NCBI GenBank assembly: GCA_963662335.2
Contig: CAXXVD010000005.1
Location: 608,001-672,000 of the forward strand
Origin: Chloroflexota bacterium
Lineage (GTDB): Bacteria; Chloroflexota; UBA11872; VXOZ01
Reading direction: 5' to 3'
Length of the DNA stretch: 64,000 bases
The notes under the pieces are model-generated. The model saw nothing but the letters and a program-made list of their open reading frames with translations. It did not search any database and was not told where the DNA came from. Below are positions 48,455-57,911 of the stretch, piece after piece (the first letter of the stretch is position 1; each line of letters begins with the position of its first letter). A program made the translations under genes and the position numbers.

Positions 48455-49924
48455 TCAGGCAGCGGCGGGAAGAGCGGCAAGCTGCTGCAACTCTTCCAGA
48501 GCGCGCTGCACGGCCGCGTCCTCCTCCAGCGAATCCGTGATGTCGGCTTCCATCTCGATATCGGGGGTGATGCCCACGTTTGAAATCGACTCTCTGCCCG
48601 GCGTCAGCCAGCGCGCGATGGTGACGCGCAGTTGCGAGCCGTCGCTCAGGTCGTGGGGCAACTGCACCGTGCCCTTGCCAAACGTGCGCTGACCGATGAT
48701 GACGGCGCGCTCGTAGTGGGCCAGCGCGCCGGCCACGATCTCCGAGGCGCTGGCGCTGCGTTCGTTCACGAGGACGACGAGGGGAATATCCAGCGCCACC
48801 CCGCCTCTGTCCGCTCGATACGGGCGCTGCTGATTGGCCTGCTCTTCATAGAGGACCACCGTGCGGGGCGCCAGGAACTCGCTCGTTACGCTAATCGCCG
48901 AGCGGAGCAAACCGCCCGGATTGTCGCGCAGATCGAGAATCAGGCCGGGCGCTTCGCCTTCCGCCAATGTTTCCAGCTTCGCGTGCAACTCTTCGGCGGT
49001 GAGCGCGCCAAAGCCCCACAGCCGTATGTAGCCCACGTTGCCCTGGAGCATTTCCATCGAGAGCGAGGGGATGTCAATTTCCGCGCGGGTGAGAGTCAGG
49101 TCGAACGGCTCCTCCTCACCGCGCTTGATCGTCAGCACCACGTCCGTGCCCGCCTTGCCGCGAATGCGCAAGGCCGCCTGCTCCGGCGAGAAGCCGGCGA
49201 TGGACGTTCCGTCCACGGCCAGAATGACGTCGCCTGCCTTCAGGCCGCCCTTCCTGGCCGGGGACTTTTCAAATACCTGGTTGACGGTTATCTGCCCGTC
49301 TCTCTCCTCGATGCGCGCGCCGATGCCTTGGAACTTCTGGCGGGTCTGCTCCCGCGCCCGTTCGCTAATCGAGGGATCGAGCAGAACGGTGTGCGGATCG
49401 CCGAGGGTCTCCAACATGCCGCGAATTGCGCCGCGCATCATGGCGTCGCGGTCCTGCGGCTGCTCGTAGAACTCTTGCGAAACCGTACTCCACACCTGCT
49501 GGAAGAATTCCCGTCTCTCTTCTTCGCCCGCCGGCGGCTCGTCGTGCAGCAGGCCGGGCATGACACCGGAGAACACCTGCGCCTGCGGTTGCGAGGGATC
49601 GAGAAGGACCGTATGCGGTTGGCCGAGAGTCTCCAGCACGCCGCGGACTGCTCCGCGAATCATGGCGGCGTGATCCATCGGCTGCTCGTAGAACTCCGCC
49701 GAGACGATTTCCCATACCTGCAGGAAGAGTTCCCACTCCTCTTCCTGCGCCTCCGGCGGCGCGGCCGGCAAGAAACCAGGAATGACGCCCGAGATCACGT
49801 GCGCCAACGGCTGCACCGGTGAGCCGGGGGTACTCGCCGCGTAGCCGACCGCAAAGGCCCCCGCGCCAATCGTCAGAACAAGCGCCAGCGTCAGGAGAAT
49901 CGGCAGGAAAGGCTTGCGCTTCAT
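48455..49924 (-). CDS. ctpA: S41A C-terminal processing protease (PDZ) with duplicated N-terminal domain
   Basis: FQGIGA, DLRDNPGG, SASASE and TFGKG motifs; 74-aa tandem duplication. Confidence 0.9.
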   Translation of the reverse strand: MKRKPFLPILLTLALVLTIGAGAFAVGYAASTPGSPVQPLAHVISGVIPGFLPAAPPEAQEEEWELFLQVWEIVSAEFYEQPMDHAAMIRGAVRGVLETLGQPHTVLLDPSQPQAQVFSGVMPGLLHDEPPAGEEERREFFQQVWSTVSQEFYEQPQDRDAMMRGAIRGMLETLGDPHTVLLDPSISERAREQTRQKFQGIGARIEERDGQITVNQVFEKSPARKGGLKAGDVILAVDGTSIAGFSPEQAALRIRGKAGTDVVLTIKRGEEEPFDLTLTRAEIDIPSLSMEMLQGNVGYIRLWGFGALTAEELHAKLETLAEGEAPGLILDLRDNPGGLLRSAISVTSEFLAPRTVVLYEEQANQQRPYRADRGGVALDIPLVVLVNERSASASEIVAGALAHYERAVIIGQRTFGKGTVQLPHDLSDGSQLRVTIARWLTPGRESISNVGITPDIEMEADITDSLEEDAAVQRALEELQQLAALPAAA

Positions 49925-50152
49925 GGGTTGCACTCTCGCGCGAGAACGGCGCTCTCTCAGAAAGCGTACGGTGCGCACGTCACGTCTCCGTGTACCCCCA
50001 CGATAGCACAGCATCGGACGAGAAACAACCGCGCCCACGCCCGGCGCGGCCGCCGCAGCGTTGCGCGAGCGTTCAATTTGATTCTCGACCGCCGCGCGCG
50101 TATCATGGAAAGCAGACTTGCACTCGCCACCGGCATGAAAGGGTAAATAGGA

Positions 50153-50410
50153 ATGCTTGGCACATTTGGGTGGACGGAACTCCTCATCATTCTGGTCATC
50201 ATCGTCATTCTCTTTGGCGGGAGCCGCATCGCGGGTCTTGGCGGCTCGTTGGGCAAGAGCATTCGCGAGTTCCGCACGGCCATGAAGGAAGAGGAAGAGG
50301 ACGGCGATACTGGGGACGAGAAGAAAGCCGAATCCGCCGCGGCCGCTGAGGCAAAGAAAGAGTCTTCCGACGAGTCCGCCAGCAGCGGGGACGAATCCAA
50401 GAAGAGCTAG
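50153..50410 (+). CDS. tatA: Twin-arginine translocase TatA
   Basis: GWTELLIILVIIVILFG and LGKSIREFR motifs. Confidence 0.93.
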   Translation: MLGTFGWTELLIILVIIVILFGGSRIAGLGGSLGKSIREFRTAMKEEEEDGDTGDEKKAESAAAAEAKKESSDESASSGDESKKS

Positions 50411-50416
50411 CGCGTA

Positions 50417-51130
50417 GTGCTGACGCGACAGCGGCTGGGCCGGCTGTGCGCCGCCGTCTGTGACTCCGGCGGCGCGCCCACGGAACCGGAAGCGCCGTTC
50501 TCGCTGCGTCGCCTCTACGTGAGCGATATTCCCGCTCTCATACGCTTCAACCGGTGGTTGCTCCTGCTAACCGCCGGTGCGTTTTTCCTGGGCATTCTCG
50601 GCGGCGCCGCGCTGGCGGAGGCGTCTCCCCAGGCGACGCGGGCCGTCCTGAACGCCTACGCCGCGCAGATCGAGCGCCTGGGCGGACTTGAGGGCATTAC
50701 CACGGCGGCAATCCTGCGCAACAACCTGCGCGTCATGCTCCTTAGCCCGCTGCTGGCCGTGTTCACGCTGGGGCTCTATCCGCTGCTGATCGTCATTCTG
50801 CCCGGCGTTCTTCTGGGAATGCTCGGCGCGCACTTCGATTCGGTCACGCCGCTGGTGGGCGTCCTGCTGGTGCTGCCCCACGGCGTTTTCGAGATTCCCG
50901 CAATTCTCTGCGGCAGCGTACTCTCTATGCGCCTTGCCTGGTCGCTCTTCCGGCCCGTGCCCACACTCAGCCTACTGGAGAACGTGGTCTGGGCCGCCGC
51001 CAATCTCTGCAAGGGCTACGTCTTCTTGGTAATTCCGCTCCTTATCGTTGCCGCCTGGGTCGAAGTAAACGTCACCGGCGGCATCGCCCGCTGGCTTGCC
51101 GGCCTGGGGGCAATTCCCACCGTTCCGTAG
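50417..51130 (+). CDS. SpoIIM-like membrane protein
   Basis: ILRNN, LPHGVFEIPA and AAWVEVNVT motifs. Confidence 0.8.
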   Translation: MLTRQRLGRLCAAVCDSGGAPTEPEAPFSLRRLYVSDIPALIRFNRWLLLLTAGAFFLGILGGAALAEASPQATRAVLNAYAAQIERLGGLEGITTAAILRNNLRVMLLSPLLAVFTLGLYPLLIVILPGVLLGMLGAHFDSVTPLVGVLLVLPHGVFEIPAILCGSVLSMRLAWSLFRPVPTLSLLENVVWAAANLCKGYVFLVIPLLIVAAWVEVNVTGGIARWLAGLGAIPTVP

Positions 51131-51187
51131 GCAGCGCGTGCTACAATTGGAGTGGCAAACAAACGGAGTCCCAAGGTAAACACGCTC

Positions 51188-52276
51188 ATGAGCGCCACAC
51201 AACCCACAACCGCCTCCAGAGTCCAGAAAGTGCGCGACCGGCTTCCAGAACTCGAAGCGGACGCGCTCCTGGTGAGCAACGACTACAACCGCCGCTATCT
51301 TTCCGGTTTCACCGGCAGTTCCGGCTGGCTGCTGCTCAGCGCCGCCGACGCGCTGCTCATTACCGACTCCCGCTACACCGAGCAGGCGGGCAAGCAGGCC
51401 GGCGGCTTCACAATCGTGCCGCAGGCCGGCGCGTTCGCCCCCGTGTTCCGCGACCTCTGCGCGGAGCACGGTTTCCGGCGCGTGGCTTTCGAAAGCGCGC
51501 ACGTGAGCGTCGCCGACCACGATTCCTATGTTGAAAAGTTGGAGGGCGCCGTAGACCTCGTTCCCGCCAAGGGCGTAGTGGAAAAGATCCGCGTTTCCAA
51601 AGAGCCGGACGAAGTGGCCGCCCTGCGGCGCGCCATCGCCATCGCGGACGACGCCCTGGCCGAACTGCTGCCGTGGCTGCGGCCCGGCATGACCGAAAAG
51701 GCGGTGGCGTGGCGCTTGGAAGTGCTGATGCGGGAGGCCGGCGCGGATGGGCTTTCCTTTCCCTCCATCGTGGCCGGCGGCCCCAACGGCGCCATGCCCC
51801 ACCACCGGCCGGGTGAAGACCCGCTTCCCCGCGACGCCTTCATCGTCATGGACTTCGGCTGCATCGCCGGCGGCTACTGCTCGGACATGACCCGCACCGT
51901 CGCGCTCGGCGCGCCCGCGCCGGAGATGCGGGAGATTTACACCGTAGTTCTGGACGCGCAGGAAACCGCCGCGGCCCAGGTGCGCGCGGGCATGACCGGC
52001 GTCGAGGCCGACGCGCTGGCGCGGGACGTCATCGAGGCCGCCGGCCACGGCGACCACTTCGGCCACGGCCTGGGGCACGGCGTGGGCCTGCAAATTCATG
52101 AAGCCCCGCGCCTCTCGCCCTTCGCCGGGGACACGCCGCTGCCGGCCGGCGCGGTCTTCTCTATCGAACCCGGCGTCTACCTGCCCGGCGTGGGCGGCGT
52201 GCGCATCGAGGACCTCGTGCTGCTGCGCGACGACGGCGCCGAGACGCTCACCGGCTCGCCGAAACTCAGATTCTAA
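51188..52276 (+). CDS. Xaa-Pro aminopeptidase (M24B)
   Basis: TDSRY, DFG...SDMTRT, HGLGHGVGLQIHE, EPGVY and GVRIED motifs; directly upstream of efp. Confidence 0.93.
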   Translation: MSATQPTTASRVQKVRDRLPELEADALLVSNDYNRRYLSGFTGSSGWLLLSAADALLITDSRYTEQAGKQAGGFTIVPQAGAFAPVFRDLCAEHGFRRVAFESAHVSVADHDSYVEKLEGAVDLVPAKGVVEKIRVSKEPDEVAALRRAIAIADDALAELLPWLRPGMTEKAVAWRLEVLMREAGADGLSFPSIVAGGPNGAMPHHRPGEDPLPRDAFIVMDFGCIAGGYCSDMTRTVALGAPAPEMREIYTVVLDAQETAAAQVRAGMTGVEADALARDVIEAAGHGDHFGHGLGHGVGLQIHEAPRLSPFAGDTPLPAGAVFSIEPGVYLPGVGGVRIEDLVLLRDDGAETLTGSPKLRF

Positions 52277-52309
52277 ACGCATGACACGTAGTGCAGGAGG
52301 CATTGCGCA

Positions 52310-52876
52310 TTGATTGACACGGGTGACTTGCGGCGCGGCGTCGTCATCGAATACGAGGACGCCATCTTCCGGCTGGAAGACGTAAAGCACATCAAGATGG
52401 GACGCGGCGGCGCGGTCGTGCGCCTCAAGTTGCGCCACGTGCAGGACGGACACATCATCGACCGCACCTGCGACGCCGGCGCGCGCTTCCGCCGCATCCG
52501 GCTGGAGCAGCGGCCGGCCCAGTTCCTCTACCCGGACGGCGACGTCTTCCACTTCATGGACACGGAATCCTACGACGAAATCCTGGTGGACGGCGGGCTG
52601 CTGGGCAACAGCGCGCGCTTCCTGAAAGACGGCGCTACCGTCGAGCTTGAGATGCACGGCGAGCGTGTCCTGGACGTGGCCCTGCCGCCTTCCATCGAAC
52701 TCGAGGTAGCCGACACCACGCCCGGCGTCAAGGGCGATACCGCGGCCGGCGGCACGAAACCCGCCACCCTGGAGACCGGCCTGGTCGTCAACGTGCCGCT
52801 CTTCGTGAGCGTGGGCGAAACGATTCGCGTCGACACGCGCACGAGCAGCTATATCGAACGGGTGCGCGCAACGTGA
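52310..52876 (+). CDS. efp: Elongation factor P (Arg32-type loop KMGRGG)
   Basis: AGGAGG RBS, TTG start; FHFMDTESY, PGVKGDT and KPATLETG motifs. Confidence 0.95.
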   Translation: MIDTGDLRRGVVIEYEDAIFRLEDVKHIKMGRGGAVVRLKLRHVQDGHIIDRTCDAGARFRRIRLEQRPAQFLYPDGDVFHFMDTESYDEILVDGGLLGNSARFLKDGATVELEMHGERVLDVALPPSIELEVADTTPGVKGDTAAGGTKPATLETGLVVNVPLFVSVGETIRVDTRTSSYIERVRAT

Positions 52877-53391
52877 GCGAGCAAGACACGCCGGGCGCGC
52901 AACCTTCCGCCGCGCCAGACCCCGCGTCGGCTTCGTCCAGGTCGCTGCAAGAGGTTGTGGACGAGTGGCTGCAACCGCTCCTGGATCTGGTTGCCAACTC
53001 CGACGTGGAAGAGCTTACCGTGGAGCATCAGGGCGTGCGCGTGGCGCTCAAGCGCACGGCGCAGGGAGTTTCGGTCGCCGCGCCGCCTCCACCAGCGGCT
53101 TCGGCGGAAGAGAGCGAGCCGGAGTTGCGCGTGGTGCACGCGGGCCGGGTAGGGGTCTTTGCCCGCGGCCGCGATGAGGGGCAACGCGCCGTCGTCGATG
53201 AAGGCGCGCCGGTGGCGGAGGGGCAACTGCTGGGCTACATCGAGGTGCTGAACGTGCGCAACGAGGTGCACGCGCCCTCTGCCGGCACCCTGGAACGCTT
53301 TCTGGTGGAGTCGCGGCAGCCGGTCGAGTACGGCCAGCCGCTCGCCCTCATCCAACCCACAGCCGAACCGCCGGTGGACGACGTGGAATAG
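52873..53391 (+). CDS. Biotin carboxyl carrier protein (AccB)-like protein lacking the biotinyl-lysine
   Basis: AccB architecture and VEYGQPL terminus; IEVLNVRNEV replaces IEAMKMMNEI; GTGA overlap with efp. Confidence 0.82.
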   Translation: MSEQDTPGAQPSAAPDPASASSRSLQEVVDEWLQPLLDLVANSDVEELTVEHQGVRVALKRTAQGVSVAAPPPPAASAEESEPELRVVHAGRVGVFARGRDEGQRAVVDEGAPVAEGQLLGYIEVLNVRNEVHAPSAGTLERFLVESRQPVEYGQPLALIQPTAEPPVDDVE

Positions 53392-53485
53392 CCGCGCGTG
53401 GCGGCGGCTGTACGTTTAACGCGGATTTCACCGCGTCTCTGTTCAGGCCGCGCATGGCAATGAAACGCCGGCCGGCTGCGTGTTC

Positions 53486-53577
53486 GTCACCCCGGCGAAA
53501 GCGTGACCGTCACTCCGGCGAAAGCCAGAGTCCAGGCAATCAAGAGAAGATGGATTCCGGCTTTCGCCGGAATGACG
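53486..53577. repeat. Inverted GTCA(C/T)TCCGGCGAAAGCC REP set
   Basis: GTCACTCCGGCGAAAGCC...GGATTCCGGCTTTCGCCGGAATGAC. Confidence 0.8.
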
Positions 53578-54204
53578 AACGGTGAACTGGATTTTCATAA
53601 TGAGACGCCTTCTCCTATAGCGTATTCATGGACTAGTGTATGCATCGACACCTTCTACGCCAAGCATAGAGCCGAATGGCGCGCCTGGCTGCAAGAACAC
53701 CACGCCCGCGCCACGGAAATCTGGCTCGTCTACTACCGAAAAGCGACCGGCAAGCCCCGCGTCTCCTACAACGACGCCGTGGCGGAAGCGCTCTGCTTTG
53801 GCTGGGTAGACAGCCAGCAGAAGGGCATCGATGAAGAGCGCTTTGCCCAGCGGTTCTCGCCCCGCAAGCCGGGCAGCAACTGGTCGGAGATGAACAAAGC
53901 GCGCCTGCGCAAGCTCATCGCCCAGGGCCTGATGGCCCCGGCCGGCCTCGCCGCCGCGCGGGACGTGCGCCTGGACGAGCCGTTCGAGATTCCGCCCGAC
54001 ATCGCGGCCGCCCTGAAACAAGACCCCCAAACCTGGCAGCGCTTCCAGAACTTCCCGGAAGACTACCGGCGCATCCGGATCGCCTTCATCGAAACCGCCC
54101 GCAAACGACCGGCGGAGTTCGCGAAGCGTCTAGAGCATCTCGTCAAGATGACCGCCCAGAACAAGACCTTCGGCTACGTGAAGGAGTTCGCAGGCAACGA
54201 CTAG
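53572..54204 (+). CDS. YdeI/OmpD-associated family protein (start uncertain)
   Basis: WRAWL, EALCFGWVD, RFSPRK, SNWSEMNK and IPPDIAAAL motifs. Confidence 0.82.
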   Translation: MTNGELDFHNETPSPIAYSWTSVCIDTFYAKHRAEWRAWLQEHHARATEIWLVYYRKATGKPRVSYNDAVAEALCFGWVDSQQKGIDEERFAQRFSPRKPGSNWSEMNKARLRKLIAQGLMAPAGLAAARDVRLDEPFEIPPDIAAALKQDPQTWQRFQNFPEDYRRIRIAFIETARKRPAEFAKRLEHLVKMTAQNKTFGYVKEFAGND

Positions 54205-54422
54205 GGCGAATTCCACCAACTCTCGGGGAAGTTTCAGAACGCCCGCGATTCGTGCTATTCTCGAATTAAGGCGCAAGATTCGCCGGGAAGGTTCTTGCTC
54301 TTATCTTTGGTGCGTCCACATCTGCGCCGCCAGCACCATCGCGTTGTGTTCAGAAAACCCGAGTCCAGCTAGGCCATCTTCATCAACATCCTGGTCCCTA
54401 TCCCACACTCTAAGGAGAGGCA

Positions 54423-55451
54423 ATGGCGGAAACCTTGACTTCAACTGCCGTGGCTGCGACCCGCGACGCCAAAGACAGCGCGATCGTCGTTGCCGGGCTG
54501 CGCAAGTCTTTCAAAGAACTGGAAGTGCTCAAGGGCGTAGACTTCGCCGTGGCGCGGGGGAGCATCCTGGCGCTGCTGGGCCCCAATGGGGCCGGCAAGA
54601 CGACCATCATCCGTATCCTGAGCACGCTGCTGCCGCCGGACGGCGGCCGGGCCGAAGTCAACGGCCATGACGTGACCCGTGAGGCCGACCAGGTGCGCAA
54701 GAGCATCGGGCTTACCGGCCAGTACGCGGCGGTGGACGAATACTTGACCGGCGAGGAAAACCTGCTCATGCTGGGGCGGCTCTACCGCCTGAGCCGGGCC
54801 GACACCAAGCGCCGCGCCCGCGACTTGCTGGAGCAATTCGAGTTGACCGACGCGGCCGGGCGTCAAGTGAAGACCTATTCGGGCGGTATGCGCCGCCGCC
54901 TGGATCTCGCCATGAGCCTCATCGCCTCGCCGCCGGTGATCTTTCTGGATGAACCGACCACGGGGCTGGATCCCCGCAGCCGGCTGGCGCTCTGGGAGAT
55001 GATCAAGCGGCTTTCGGCCAGCGACGTCACGATTCTGCTCACCACGCAGTACATGGAAGAGGCCGACCAACTGGCGGACCAGATCGTCGTCATCGACCAC
55101 GGCGACGTGATCGCGGCCGGCACCGCGGACGAACTCAAGGCCCGGGTCGGCGCGACGCGGTTGGACATCGTCATCGCCGCCGGCGGCGATTTCGCGGCGG
55201 CGGAACGAACGCTGGCGGGCCAGACCATGCACGTGGACCCCAAGCGGCGGCTGATGTGCATTGCCAGCCACAGCGGCGTCCACGAACTGCGCGAAGCTCT
55301 GCGCCGGCTGGAAGAGGCCGGCGTGGAAGTGGAGAACGTCGCCATGCACCGTCCGACGCTGGATGACGTCTTCCTAACCCTCACCGGGGCGGCGGCAACA
55401 CCCGAATCCAACAACAATACGGCAAGTGACCAAGAGAAGAACTCAGCATGA
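54423..55451 (+). CDS. DrrA-family ABC exporter ATPase
   Basis: GPNGAGKTT, GQYAAVDE, YSGGMRRRLD and PTLDDVFL motifs. Confidence 0.92.
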   Translation: MAETLTSTAVAATRDAKDSAIVVAGLRKSFKELEVLKGVDFAVARGSILALLGPNGAGKTTIIRILSTLLPPDGGRAEVNGHDVTREADQVRKSIGLTGQYAAVDEYLTGEENLLMLGRLYRLSRADTKRRARDLLEQFELTDAAGRQVKTYSGGMRRRLDLAMSLIASPPVIFLDEPTTGLDPRSRLALWEMIKRLSASDVTILLTTQYMEEADQLADQIVVIDHGDVIAAGTADELKARVGATRLDIVIAAGGDFAAAERTLAGQTMHVDPKRRLMCIASHSGVHELREALRRLEEAGVEVENVAMHRPTLDDVFLTLTGAAATPESNNNTASDQEKNSA

Positions 55452-56260
55452 ATCAAGAATCCTCTTTGCTCGTGGAAACGCAGCCGGTAAAGCGACCGGA
55501 AATCTTCTGGATGCTGGACAATTACTGGGTGCTGACCAAACGCAGCCTCAGGCACATCACCCGCAACATCGACCAGTTGCTCTCGACCTTCCTGATGCCC
55601 GTGATGTTCCTGCTGCTCTTCCGCTACGTCTTTGGCGGCGCAATCAATACCGGGGAAACGAGTTATGTCAACTATCTCGTCGCCGGCATCCTGGTGCAAA
55701 CGGCCGCGTTTGGCGCCAATACGACGACCTTCAGCGTTTTGGTCGATCTCCAGCGGGGCATTGTCGACCGCTTCCGCGCGCTGCCGATGGCGAGTTCGGC
55801 GCTGCTGGCGGCGCACGTGATCGCCGACCTGGCGCGCAACACCATCTCGGCTTTGGTCATGCTCGCGGCGAGCTTTCTCGTGGGCTTCCGGCCCACGGCG
55901 GATCCTACCGAATGGCTGCTCGTACTCGGCCTGTTGTTGGTCTTTACGCTGGCAATTTCGTGGATTTCCGCCATCCTGGGCATGGTCGTCAAGTCGCTGC
56001 AGGCGGCGCAGTGGGCCGGTTTCATGGTGCTCATGCCGCTCACCTTTGGCAGCAGCGCGTTCGTGCCTACGGCCAGCATGCCCACCGTGCTGCGCGTCTT
56101 TGCCGAAAACCAGCCGATTACGCACGTAATCGAAGCCATGCGCGCCTGGATGGTCGGCACGCCCATCGGCAACAGCGGCTGGCTGGCGCTGGCCTGGTGC
56201 GTCGGCATCATCGCGGTCGCAATGCCGGTGGCCACGTGGATGTTCCGGCGGCGCGTCTAG
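55448..56260 (+). CDS. DrrB-family ABC-2 permease
   Basis: FRYVFGGAI, GIVDRFRALP, SSAFVP and NQPIT motifs. Confidence 0.92.
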   Translation: MNQESSLLVETQPVKRPEIFWMLDNYWVLTKRSLRHITRNIDQLLSTFLMPVMFLLLFRYVFGGAINTGETSYVNYLVAGILVQTAAFGANTTTFSVLVDLQRGIVDRFRALPMASSALLAAHVIADLARNTISALVMLAASFLVGFRPTADPTEWLLVLGLLLVFTLAISWISAILGMVVKSLQAAQWAGFMVLMPLTFGSSAFVPTASMPTVLRVFAENQPITHVIEAMRAWMVGTPIGNSGWLALAWCVGIIAVAMPVATWMFRRRV

Positions 56261-56343
56261 CGCGCAGACTCAAGTGGGGGTTCGCTCACCGGCGCGCGTG
56301 CGCAACCGGCGCTATGGGCCGCGGCAGAGGGGTTCGTCCCCAG

Positions 56344-56478
56344 GGAGACCTTTGCGAAACTCCGTCATTCCGGCGAAAGCCGGAATCCAGAGGCGCCAAT
56401 ACAGCTACAAGTGCATGAAGTCAAGCCTTTTGACCCCCATCCCAACCCCCCAAATGGAAGGGGTATGCAAAGGTCTCC
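56344..56478. mobile_element. MITE-like element (copy 2) with perfect 12-bp terminal inverted repeats and an internal REP
   Basis: GGAGACCTTTGC...GCAAAGGTCTCC; another REP follows at ~56480. Confidence 0.65.
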
Positions 56479-56684
56479 GGCGGGGGACAAGCCCCCGCGC
56501 TACATTGGTGTGACAGCATTGGGGGGGATACCACCGGCCTCCCGCAGCGGGGCACGGGGTGGTTTTGGACTTTAAACACGAAAGCCGCCTGGGGCGCGGC
56601 GCTTGGGAACGGGCGCCGGGCCGTTGCGGCTCTGTATTCCTTTGCGGTGGACTGTCCGTGCGGCTGGGGGAACTTAGGCGCGGT

Positions 56685-57911
56685 CTAGCGCAGCCACTTG
56701 TTGGGGTTATTCGGAACGTTATCCAAACGAATCTCGAAGTGGAGATGCGGGCCGCTGGTGAAGCCGGTCATGCCAACGAAGCCGATCGTCTGGCCTCTGT
56801 GCACTTGGCTGCCCTCCTTAACCGGCAGCGACCGGGCGTCGTCCAGGTGGGCGTAGACGGAAACCTCGTGCCAACTGTGTTGAATGATCACCCTCATGCC
56901 ATAGGAACTCCAGCGCTCGCCCTGTATAGCGTAGCCGACCTTGATTACGACTCCGTCCTGGCTGGCGCGGACGGGCGAGCCGCGCGCCACGGCGTAGTCT
57001 ATGCCGCTGTGGAAGGCTTGCAGCCACGTGCGCACACCGTAGCCGGCGCTGATCCAACCAGCTGCCGGGCGGCGCCAACCGGCTTCCGCATACTCGGGGA
57101 GCTTGATATTGTTCTTCTGCAGCCACTCTATTGCCGCCTCGATATCGGCCGCAAGCTCCAGGTCAGCGACCTTTCTGCGCGCAATCTCCTGTTGCAGCGA
57201 CGCATTCCGATACGAGGCGCTGGCGGCTTCCCGCTCGGCATTGACGAGCAGGACCTCTCTAGTGGCGAGTAAGTTCTGCAGATCCGCCTGCTGGCGGTCC
57301 AACTGCCGCTTTAGCGCGTCTACCTCCGCCTGCTTCTGCACGAGCGTGGCACGCTTGGCGTCCAACTCCGCCTTGCGCTCCTGGGTGGCGCGGACTTGGC
57401 GGAGGTCGTCGTCCAGTATGCGTCGGAAGAGCGTGACGCGATTGAGCGCATCGGAGAAGCTGGAGGAACTGAGGATGATCTCCAGGGGGGAAACGCGGCT
57501 GAGCTTGTAGACCGCGCGCAGGCGGCCGCTGGCTACTTCCTGCTCATCGGCGAGGATGGCCTCTTCACGGACGGTATCTTGCGTCAGGCGGTGAATCTCA
57601 ACCTGGAGCCGGTCGATCTGAAACTGCGTAGCGTTGAGTTCCTCGATCTTGGCATAGAGAAGGTTTTCGACTTCCTGAAGATTGGCGGCGGCCGCGGCCT
57701 GGACCCGTTGCGTCCGCGCCGCTTCCTGTTGAGCTAGCTCCTGTTCGCTCTTTGCGCGCTCCAACTCTTGCTGGTTCTGTTTTTGCTTCTCTTGCAGTTC
57801 CCTAATATAGTCATTGTCAATGGTACCTTCCGTACTCTCTGCGCCAAAGACAGCTTTAGGCGCTGCTACCAGCAGCGCGAGCAATGACCCCAGGACGCTA
57901 CGCCGTCGCAC
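56685..57911 (-). CDS. Coiled-coil M23 peptidase (EnvC-like peptidoglycan hydrolase)
   Basis: Signal peptide MRRRSVL; long coiled coil; HSGID, YAHL and GPHLHFEIR motifs. Confidence 0.9.
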   Translation of the reverse strand: MRRRSVLGSLLALLVAAPKAVFGAESTEGTIDNDYIRELQEKQKQNQQELERAKSEQELAQQEAARTQRVQAAAAANLQEVENLLYAKIEELNATQFQIDRLQVEIHRLTQDTVREEAILADEQEVASGRLRAVYKLSRVSPLEIILSSSSFSDALNRVTLFRRILDDDLRQVRATQERKAELDAKRATLVQKQAEVDALKRQLDRQQADLQNLLATREVLLVNAEREAASASYRNASLQQEIARRKVADLELAADIEAAIEWLQKNNIKLPEYAEAGWRRPAAGWISAGYGVRTWLQAFHSGIDYAVARGSPVRASQDGVVIKVGYAIQGERWSSYGMRVIIQHSWHEVSVYAHLDDARSLPVKEGSQVHRGQTIGFVGMTGFTSGPHLHFEIRLDNVPNNPNKWLR

